From the sequence record NC_073061.1: DNA of 45,251 bases; one strand, written 5' to 3'. Both the position numbers and the translations under genes were made by a program. Below are positions 9,152 through 15,976 of the stretch, piece by piece (position 1 is the first letter of the stretch; every line of letters starts with the position of its first letter). Origin of the DNA: Escherichia phage vB_EcoS-101114BS4. The notes beneath the pieces are model-generated. The model did no database searches, was not told the DNA's origin, and worked only from the letters and a program-made list of their open reading frames with translations.

Positions 9152-9205
9152 AATTTCCTCGTGGTTATGTAGACGATAATTCGGGGCCATTACAGCCCCC
9201 TTTTG

Positions 9206-9970
9206 TTAGCGCGGAATACCGCAGATTTCGTTTAACGTCTTCACATCCAGCGCTACTGCCGTTGACTTCGGCTTGTCCGGGTATGGAATGAATTGTTCAA
9301 CTTCAGGCCACGCCGCGATCAGCTTCTTGTCAGTATTGTGCATATCCAGCACGCCGGTAACGGTTAGTTTGAACGCGTCATACTTCGCACGCAATTCACG
9401 GCGGGCCTTGTCGTTGTGGTCCAGGCGCTTGCAGAAATCATGCTCTGCCGGGTAGTCTACGCGACCGCGTGGTAGATATATCGGCAGCGCTTTTCCGTCC
9501 TCATCCACTTCACATACTGACGCGAGCATAATTTCCTCGTACCCCGGTACAATATCGCTAACGTCAGGCGCGAGCGTATTCATATATTTTTCTTCCCAGT
9601 ATCCGCGGTGCTGGCGGTAGCGGTATCCGTCGCCGCTCATATGCAGGGTACGGATGTTACCGCCTGCGTTGATTTCGAAAGTGGAGCAGTAAACGCGTCC
9701 AATGCCTTTCTGACGGTCTTTGTTATAGCTATACGTCGCCTCGTCGGTGTAAACGCTGACGCCGTACATCTGCGACTGGTTATCGCGGATTTCTGCGATA
9801 TATGCGCGTAGCTCGGCGAACGTGTGAATGCCTTCTGGCATACAGTCCAGCGTAATTGCGTACGCCAGGTCGCGAGAGGCCATCATGATTGATTTGGCTT
9901 CAGTCGCGATTTCGTGGTCGCGCAGGATGTTAGCCAGAATCTGGTTTTTAATGTCTTTTGTCAGTCTCAT
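9206..9970 (-). CDS. Hypothetical protein, co-transcribed with the DnaN-like gene
   Basis: 254-aa ORF starting MRLTKDIKNQ with GAGGA RBS; no motif recognised; antisense to the flanking structural genes. Confidence 0.6.
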   Translation of the reverse strand: MRLTKDIKNQILANILRDHEIATEAKSIMMASRDLAYAITLDCMPEGIHTFAELRAYIAEIRDNQSQMYGVSVYTDEATYSYNKDRQKGIGRVYCSTFEINAGGNIRTLHMSGDGYRYRQHRGYWEEKYMNTLAPDVSDIVPGYEEIMLASVCEVDEDGKALPIYLPRGRVDYPAEHDFCKRLDHNDKARRELRAKYDAFKLTVTGVLDMHNTDKKLIAAWPEVEQFIPYPDKPKSTAVALDVKTLNEICGIPR

Positions 9971-9990
9971 TTGTGTTTCCTCATTGTTGG

Positions 9991-10017
9991 TGTGCAACCA
10001 ATATAGTGCAACCAATA
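9991..10017. promoter_or_regulatory. Divergent control region with two direct TGCAACCAAT motifs
   Basis: TGCAACCAAT at 9993-10002 and 10008-10017, between the minus-strand start at 9970 and the scaffold start at 10120. Confidence 0.5.
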
Positions 10018-10119
10018 CCTGTATTGCAAGCGAATTTTGCGATTATTTTTATCGCTGATAATATTAAAGGCGTGAAGTCGAGCGGGTGGCCCGCTCTGCC
10101 ACGATCCCAGGGGGATAGC

Positions 10120-10824
10120 ATGGAAATTACTAAAGCAGAATATGACGCGTTGCCGGAAGGTATGAAGGCGCTTTTTGTTGCCAATGGCGACGGGTATAAA
10201 TCAACATTTATGTCCGCTGAGGAAGTACAGGCGGAAATCAAGGGTCTGAAAGACAACAACGCAAAGCTGGTGAGCGAGAAGAAAGCAGAAGCTGAACGCC
10301 GCGCCGAAGCCGAGCGCCTTGCGAAAGAGAAAGAGGAAGCCGCCGCGCGCAAAAATGGCGACCTCGAAGCGATCGATAAATCCTGGAAGGATAAGTTGGC
10401 AAAACACGAAGCTGACACATCGGGGAAAATCGAATCCTATCGCAAGCAGATCCACGACCTTACTATCGGCAGCGCTGCCAAAGACCTGGCATCGAAGCTA
10501 TTTGGTAAGAATGCTGGCATCATGCAACGCCACGTAATGGAGCGCCTCGCGCTGGAAGACGGTGAAGACGGCAGCTTGAAAGTGCGTGTCTTGCAGGATG
10601 GCAAACCGTCCGCGCTGACTATGGACGAGCTTGAAAAAGAGTTCCGTAATAACGCTGATTTTGCATCCGTCCTGGCTGGCACGCCCGCCGGTGGCGCTCC
10701 GAGCAAACCGACACAGGTTATCGAAGATGCGAAGTCTAAAATCACGATGGGCCATAGCTTCGGTATCACGGACCTGACGAAACAGGCAGGGGATATCATC
10801 GCTAAGATGGGCGACGACGAGTAA
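10120..10824 (+). CDS. Scaffolding protein (putative)
   Basis: 234 aa, charged and coiled-coil-rich (AEAERRAEAERLAKEKEEAAARK), directly upstream of the major capsid gene. Confidence 0.6.
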   Translation: MEITKAEYDALPEGMKALFVANGDGYKSTFMSAEEVQAEIKGLKDNNAKLVSEKKAEAERRAEAERLAKEKEEAAARKNGDLEAIDKSWKDKLAKHEADTSGKIESYRKQIHDLTIGSAAKDLASKLFGKNAGIMQRHVMERLALEDGEDGSLKVRVLQDGKPSALTMDELEKEFRNNADFASVLAGTPAGGAPSKPTQVIEDAKSKITMGHSFGITDLTKQAGDIIAKMGDDE

Positions 10825-10828
10825 GCAG

Positions 10829-10853
10829 ATCGCCCGCGAAAGCGGGCGATTTT
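10829..10853 (+). terminator. Terminator-like hairpin
   Basis: atcgcccgc-gaaa-gcgggcgat perfect hairpin followed by only ttt. Confidence 0.45.
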
Positions 10854-10921
10854 GCGAGCGCGTAAATCTAAGGTAACATTAACGTCACTGGGCGAATGCT
10901 CACAACTCAAAGGATTTCGAT

Positions 10922-12016
10922 ATGTCTTTAACAGTGTTCCAGCGTAAACTCGTTACCGCGGTTACGCAAATGATCCCCGACAACCTGAACGTGTTCAACG
11001 CTGCCGCTAATGGCGCTGTTGTTCTCGGTACAGGTGAAGTGCTGAAGGACGTTGTAGAAAAAATGTCCGTCGGCTTGATCGCCAACCTCGTTACTGACCG
11101 TAACGCATATGCGCCTGTTGGCACACCGGCAACCGCTAAAGTGCTGGCGCGTATGCTGACTAACTCGGTTAACCTCTCCGCGAAAGTGGGTCCGGTAGCA
11201 ATCACTAAGGCTATGATGGCTAAGATCGAAACCAACGTTAACAGCGTTGCGGCTGAGATTGCGGCACAGGCTACTCAAGCGATTATGCTGCATTACCTGA
11301 AAGCTGGTATCGGCGCAAGTAAAGCGGCGATCGAGAGCAACGCAGCGGCAGCATACACCCAACCGGCGCGCGTTGATGGCGTTGGCGGTCGTACCTTCCC
11401 TACCCTGGCAGACTTCCCGCTGGCGGCTTCTAAGTTCGGCGATCAGGCGTCTTTGATTAAGTCCTGGTTTATGGACGGCGTTACCTGGGCTAACTTCATT
11501 GCCTATCAGGCACTGCCTTCCGCTGAGCAGGTATTCGCGATCGGCGATCTGCAAGTAATGGGTGATGGCCTGGGCCGTCGTTTCATTATCTCCGATGCCG
11601 CTGCCGATGCTATGGGCGCTGGCAAAATGCTGGGTCTGGTCCCTGGCGCGGTTGCAGTTACCACCAACGGCCTCGATATGCTGGCGCAGGAAAAAGGCGG
11701 TAACGAGAACATCGAGCGCTGGTGGCAGGGTGAGTTCGACTTCAACGTGGCTGTTAAAGGCTACCGTCTGAAGGCGTCCGCTCGTACCCCGATCGAAGGC
11801 GTCCGCTCTTTTGCCCTGGGTGATATCACCACTAAGGACAACTGGGAACTGGATCAGGGCCAGGTAGACAACGCTCCGGCAACCGTCCAGGACGTTGGCG
11901 GCGAAAGCGATACTAAAGGCCGTCGTAAGGCGCAGACCGCACAGGCCGTGCCGACCCGTAACATCAAGGAAACGGCTGGCGTACTGGTTACGCTGACCGC
12001 GACCAGCGCGTCTTAA
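10922..12016 (+). CDS. Major capsid protein
   Basis: 364-aa ORF after the scaffold gene, followed by a strong terminator; assigned by size and synteny. Confidence 0.75.
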   Translation: MSLTVFQRKLVTAVTQMIPDNLNVFNAAANGAVVLGTGEVLKDVVEKMSVGLIANLVTDRNAYAPVGTPATAKVLARMLTNSVNLSAKVGPVAITKAMMAKIETNVNSVAAEIAAQATQAIMLHYLKAGIGASKAAIESNAAAAYTQPARVDGVGGRTFPTLADFPLAASKFGDQASLIKSWFMDGVTWANFIAYQALPSAEQVFAIGDLQVMGDGLGRRFIISDAAADAMGAGKMLGLVPGAVAVTTNGLDMLAQEKGGNENIERWWQGEFDFNVAVKGYRLKASARTPIEGVRSFALGDITTKDNWELDQGQVDNAPATVQDVGGESDTKGRRKAQTAQAVPTRNIKETAGVLVTLTATSAS

Positions 12017-12033
12017 TCGGCGCACATCCCAAA

Positions 12034-12059
12034 GGGGCGGGCTTATGCCCGCCTTTTTT
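12034..12059 (+). terminator. Rho-independent terminator
   Basis: ggggcgggc-ttat-gcccgcc hairpin followed by tttttt. Confidence 0.8.
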
Positions 12060-12074
12060 ATAGGAGCGAATAAA

Positions 12075-12575
12075 ATGTATGGCGACCCGCAAACCTTTAC
12101 TGATTATGCCGCAGCGCGTGGCGTTGAAATTACGCTGGGCGATGCAACGCGACACCTTACCATCGTTAATGACTTCCTCAACGGCCTCAACTGGATCGGC
12201 GAACAAGCCGACCAGACCGGAATCGACGCATGGCCCCGCATTAATTACCCGTCAGACGGTAAGCCGGTGCGAGACACGCTCACTGAAGTTGTGGCGGTAG
12301 TGCCTGCCGGGCAAATCGTAGACTTCGCATCAATCCCTGTTGCCGTTGAGCAAGCCGTTTACCGGCTGGCGCTGTTGGTGGCGGACGATATTGATATTTC
12401 TCCGATCGGCGGTGGCAAAGAGACTATCCGCGAAACGGTTGGCCCAATCACGATGGAGTATGACCCCGCTACAATCGGCGGATACGTGGCGTTCCCGTGG
12501 TGGGATGGCTTGCTGGGCTACTGGGTGAACGTAGACGGCAACGCTTCAGGTAACTTTGACGTATACAGGGGCTAA
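12075..12575 (+). CDS. Head-tail connector / head completion protein (putative)
   Basis: 166-aa ORF (MYGDPQTF...) first after the capsid terminator; assigned by synteny. Confidence 0.5.
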   Translation: MYGDPQTFTDYAAARGVEITLGDATRHLTIVNDFLNGLNWIGEQADQTGIDAWPRINYPSDGKPVRDTLTEVVAVVPAGQIVDFASIPVAVEQAVYRLALLVADDIDISPIGGGKETIRETVGPITMEYDPATIGGYVAFPWWDGLLGYWVNVDGNASGNFDVYRG

Positions 12576-12676
12576 TATGAATCCGGCTGTTATTGCAGCG
12601 TTGCTGGCAGCGCTGGCGACGAAAGAGAAAGAGGAAGAACCAGTACCGCCGGAAGCACCGGCGCGGGAGGAAGACG

Positions 12677-13030
12677 ATGGCGGGCTTTGACTACGCGGGC
12701 TTAAAGCGGAAAGTTAATCCGCTGATTAAAAAATTCGGCATGACAGTTACCGTGACGCGTCCCGGATCTGTTGACCGCGTTAACGGCGACGAAGTGGTAA
12801 TCCCGCCGACCTCGTTTGATATCATCGGACTGCGTGAGGAGTACAAGCCACGCGAGATCGACGGTACCCTGGTCATTGCCGGTGATGTTAAATTCTTATG
12901 CCAGGCGGTGGAGCAATTGCAGGTAGGCGATCTGGTTAACCTGAATAACACAGACTACCGGGTCGTTAATACTAACCCCCTGCAACCGGCGGGCACGACC
13001 ATGCTGTTTCAATTACAGCTAAGGGGCTAA
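12677..13030 (+). CDS. Head-tail joining protein (putative)
   Basis: ATG at 12677 (MAGFDYAGLKRK...), 117 aa; the K/R-rich upstream extension in the ORF track is treated as non-coding. Confidence 0.5.
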   Translation: MAGFDYAGLKRKVNPLIKKFGMTVTVTRPGSVDRVNGDEVVIPPTSFDIIGLREEYKPREIDGTLVIAGDVKFLCQAVEQLQVGDLVNLNNTDYRVVNTNPLQPAGTTMLFQLQLRG

Positions 13031-13031
13031 C

Positions 13032-13625
13032 GTGGCTGAGGTCTACTCGTTCGCCGCTACCATTGCAACATGGGTAGATAAGACGAAGGAGAACAACGAC
13101 AAGGCGGTGCGGGCGACCGGTATGCAAATACTCGGACGCCTGATTGAGATCTCCCCGGTGGGCGACCCCCGCCGGTGGAAGATTAACAAGGCTTACGCGA
13201 TGGCCCGCCAGCACGCGAACAAGGTGAACGCCGCACAGCGGCGCAAGAATGGCGGCAAACTGAAGCGCGGGCAGAAGAAGCACGCCAGTGTGCTCGTATC
13301 GTTCAAGACTAAAAACGGCAACGTCACGTTCCGCCAGCGTGGCTGGGCCGCGAAGAATTACACCGGCGGGCGCTTCCGGGGAAACTGGCAGGTGTCTTTC
13401 GACCGTCCGGCTGTTGGCGCTGTTGACCGAGTGGACAAGGCCGGAACGGCAACATTAGCCGCAGGGCGTGATGTGCTGGCGCATTATGATTCTGGCGAAT
13501 ATGGGTCGATCTGGTTTACTAACAATGTGCCGTATGCGCAGCGGCTTGAGTATGGCTGGAGTAAACAAGCGCCCGCGGGGATTGTTCGCGTCGTAGCGGC
13601 AGAAATCAATTCGAAGGTGAAATAA
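13032..13625 (+). CDS. Neck / tail completion protein (putative)
   Basis: GTG start, 197 aa, between connector genes and the major tail gene. Confidence 0.5.
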   Translation: MAEVYSFAATIATWVDKTKENNDKAVRATGMQILGRLIEISPVGDPRRWKINKAYAMARQHANKVNAAQRRKNGGKLKRGQKKHASVLVSFKTKNGNVTFRQRGWAAKNYTGGRFRGNWQVSFDRPAVGAVDRVDKAGTATLAAGRDVLAHYDSGEYGSIWFTNNVPYAQRLEYGWSKQAPAGIVRVVAAEINSKVK

Positions 13626-14047
13626 TGAGCAATACTCTAATCCGCAAGGCGCTTAACAGCGTAGTTGAAGAATTATCGGTAAGCCTGAGCACTAACCAGC
13701 GCCCGATCAAGGTTAACTGGGAGAACGTGAAGGGCGACCACGCTATCGGCAATGGCGTGTACCTGGAGCCGTACTTGCTTCCGGCACCGACCCAGTTTGT
13801 TGGCATTCAGCAGAAGGGCCGGATCTACGCAGGCGTGTATCAGGTTGCCGTAGTGTTCCCCGCGGGCACTGGCACACAGTATGCGAGCGAACTGGCGGAC
13901 GCCATCGCGACGTCAGACAAATGGCAGGGCGTCAAGATTACCGGCGCTACCTTCCAGCTTCAGGACGCGCCCTACACCAGTTCGGTGATTGAAGATATCG
14001 ACCGCGCCCGCATCGTGGTATCGGTCCTGTATAACTGTTGCGCCTGA
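13625..14047 (+). CDS. Tail terminator / tail completion protein (putative)
   Basis: 140-aa ORF overlapping the upstream stop (ATGA), immediately before the major tail protein gene. Confidence 0.5.
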   Translation: MSNTLIRKALNSVVEELSVSLSTNQRPIKVNWENVKGDHAIGNGVYLEPYLLPAPTQFVGIQQKGRIYAGVYQVAVVFPAGTGTQYASELADAIATSDKWQGVKITGATFQLQDAPYTSSVIEDIDRARIVVSVLYNCCA

Positions 14048-14108
14048 TTTGGCGCAATTCTGCGCGTGCTGTATCATTAATCCGTATATCTAAACAGGAG
14101 CTTTCATT

Positions 14109-14834
14109 ATGGGTTATCAACTTCCTAACGGGTCTAGCGTCCAGATTGGGTCCGTACTGGGCGACGGCATCGCTGTTACGGCAGCTACCAACGCCACCGC
14201 GTCGATCTCTGACCTCGCTACCGGTTGCGTTATTACCTGCGCGGAATCTCATGGTCTGGTTGTTGGTGATGTGGTTATGTTCACTAAAACCCCGTGGGTC
14301 CGTGCGCTAAACCGCGCGTTTATCGTTGGCGCAGTGTCTACCAACGATGTGACGCTGGCGCGCTTCGACTCCTCGGACGTCACCAAATATCCTACCGGTG
14401 CTTTTGCAGTAGGCACTCCGGGTGAAGTGGTGAAGGTGTCGAGCTTTATCGACTTCCCGTTTATCACCAACGTTGCCGTGTCGGGTGGCGACCAGCAGAC
14501 GACTACCTTCCAGCCGTTGCAGGTGAACACCGCGATCAGTCTGAACACCACGAAAAACCCGTTGGTCCAGACGTACACCTTCACCCACGACGAAGAAGAC
14601 CCGATCCGCCCTATCCTGGAAGACCTGGACGATACACAGAAAACCACTGTTATTAAGTTCACGAACCCAGCGGCAGCAAGCGGCAAAGGTGAGATCCGTA
14701 TTTACCCGGCAAAGGTATCTTTCCAGAAGATTCCATCCGCTGAAGTAAACAACGTGGAAACGGTACAATCCACTCTGACCATGCAGTCTGATATGGTTAT
14801 CTACCGTAAGGATCTGGTCGAGGCACTGTCTTGA
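14109..14834 (+). CDS. Major tail (tube) protein
   Basis: 241-aa ORF with AGGAG RBS, followed by a terminator and the chaperone/tape-measure genes. Confidence 0.7.
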   Translation: MGYQLPNGSSVQIGSVLGDGIAVTAATNATASISDLATGCVITCAESHGLVVGDVVMFTKTPWVRALNRAFIVGAVSTNDVTLARFDSSDVTKYPTGAFAVGTPGEVVKVSSFIDFPFITNVAVSGGDQQTTTFQPLQVNTAISLNTTKNPLVQTYTFTHDEEDPIRPILEDLDDTQKTTVIKFTNPAAASGKGEIRIYPAKVSFQKIPSAEVNNVETVQSTLTMQSDMVIYRKDLVEALS

Positions 14835-14864
14835 TTTGGTCGCTTAAATAGCGAGTGTTAATAT

Positions 14865-14887
14865 GGGGCCAGCACGGCCCCTTTTTT
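14865..14887 (+). terminator. Rho-independent terminator
   Basis: ggggcc-agcac-ggcccc hairpin followed by tttttt. Confidence 0.7.
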
Positions 14888-14903
14888 ATTGGAGAATATT
14901 ACA

Positions 14904-15266
14904 ATGGCTAAAGCACCACTCTTCACACTTGACCCTAAGCCGACCTTTAAGCTGCCGATTGAGATCCCGCGCCCTGGTGAGAACGAACCAGGCAAGATGA
15001 CGTTTACCGTCCGCCACCGCCCGATCGACGAGTTTTCGCAGACCATGCAGGACACCGAACGCAAGCTATCGGAATATGACGACAATGACCCTGACGGCTT
15101 TAACGTTATGGTTGAGGCCATCATGCACGTCGCTGAAGGCTGGAATCTGCCAGACCAATTTAACGCTGAGAACGTCCGCCGTCTGGTAGTCAACTACCCC
15201 CGTGCGTTCGGCGTGTTCCACACCTCGTACTACCTCGAATTGATGGGACTACGTGAAAAAAACTAA
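14904..15266 (+). CDS. Tail assembly chaperone (lambda G-like)
   Basis: 120-aa acidic protein (GGAGA RBS) between major tail and tape measure genes; ends next to a slippery heptamer. Confidence 0.7.
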   Translation: MAKAPLFTLDPKPTFKLPIEIPRPGENEPGKMTFTVRHRPIDEFSQTMQDTERKLSEYDDNDPDGFNVMVEAIMHVAEGWNLPDQFNAENVRRLVVNYPRAFGVFHTSYYLELMGLREKN

Positions 15267-15580
15267 TTGAGGCGGCGCGACGCTTTTATGGCCCGCCGCC
15301 ACCCTCCGAAGATGTAGCCGCAAGTTTATGGGGCGCGGCCCCCGAAGATGTTTGCCCGTCTGTTGCGCTATGGCCCGACAACGCGAAGATAGTCGCAGTC
15401 TTCACAGATTGCTCTACGCAATGGCGCACCGGATTCGGTGGGGCATACGGCATCGACTACGGAGTTCTGGAGTGGCTATTTAAGATGCACGGCATCGAAA
15501 ACGAGCAACGTGCATTTAAAGATATAAAGCTAATGGAACGGATCGCGCTTGACGAAATGGCGCAACAAAACCCCGCATAA
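14904..15580 (+). CDS. Tail assembly chaperone frameshift product (lambda GT-like), made by a -1 shift near 15257..15263
   Basis: The -1 frame stays open for about 105 codons after the slippery site (KKLIEAARRFYGPPPPSEDV...QQNPA) and stops at 15578-15580. Confidence 0.65.
15257..15263 (+). other. Programmed -1 ribosomal frameshift slippery heptamer A_AAA_AAC
   Basis: aaaaaac in X_XXY_YYZ register three codons before the chaperone stop; conserved G/GT architecture of tailed phages. Confidence 0.65.
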
Positions 15581-15583
15581 TGA

Positions 15584-15750
15584 AGCGGGACAAGCGGGAC
15601 GTCCCGATCTGTCCCGTTTTGCCCCGCCCCCTGTAAAACTGCATATCTACTCACTTTCATTGCATAAACTCAAAGCGGGACAAGCGGGACGTCCCGATCT
15701 GTCCCGCCCCCTAAATATGCATACCTATTCAGATTTCGTGCATAAAACAA
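15584..15750. repeat. Two tandem units of about 90 bp, each with GCGGGACAAGCGGGAC, the palindrome CGGGACGTCCCG and TGCATA motifs
   Basis: aagcgggacaagcgggacgtcccgatctgtcccg occurs at 15584 and 15674; palindromes at 15595-15606 and 15685-15696. Confidence 0.85.
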
Positions 15751-15907
15751 ACGGGACAGAAAGCGGGACAAACAAGGGGCGGGACAAAGCGGGACAGCAC
15801 CCCGTCCCCGTCAGTGCTGCCGCGGGTTTCAGCCGATCGGGACAGGCGGGACAACTCCCAGTCTTTCAGACTAGACGGGGGTCAATGGCCCCCCTCGTCT
15901 GAGACTG
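15750..15907. repeat. Copy A of a duplicated iteron-plus-hairpin element (copy B at 43319..43527)
   Basis: Four to six GCGGGACA direct repeats followed by the imperfect long hairpin cagtctttcagactagacgggggtcaatggcccccctcgtctgagactg (15859-15907). Confidence 0.85.
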
Positions 15908-15976
15908 AATAAGGTTTGTTTGAAATTCGCTGATACAATGTCAATCGGCAACTGCATAAAAAAAGGGGACTGCATA

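Noticed and set aside
10928-12025. 365-aa minus-strand ORF mirroring the major capsid gene
   Set aside because: Almost exactly co-extensive with the capsid gene on the other strand; Arg/Cys-rich composition typical of antisense reading of a GC-rich gene
12593-12676. K/R-rich N-terminal extension of ORF 12593..13030
   Set aside because: Track ORF begins at a non-ATG codon with an implausible polybasic leader; the internal ATG at 12677 is used instead
12577-12690. 37-aa plus-strand ORF (MNPAVIAALLAALATKEKEEEPVPPEAP...) between connector genes
   Set aside because: Has an RBS-like AGGGG upstream but is very short, low complexity, and overlaps the next gene; not called without comparative support
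15584-15750. Possible CRISPR array
   Set aside because: Only two tandem units, units contain internal palindromes and no unique spacers, and no cas genes are present
15549-15902. 117-aa ORF across the iteron repeats (and its counterpart 43242..43544)
   Set aside because: Composition is dictated by GCGGGACA DNA repeats; the two copies differ by an indel in the hairpin loop that changes the reading frame, so conservation is at the DNA level, not the protein level
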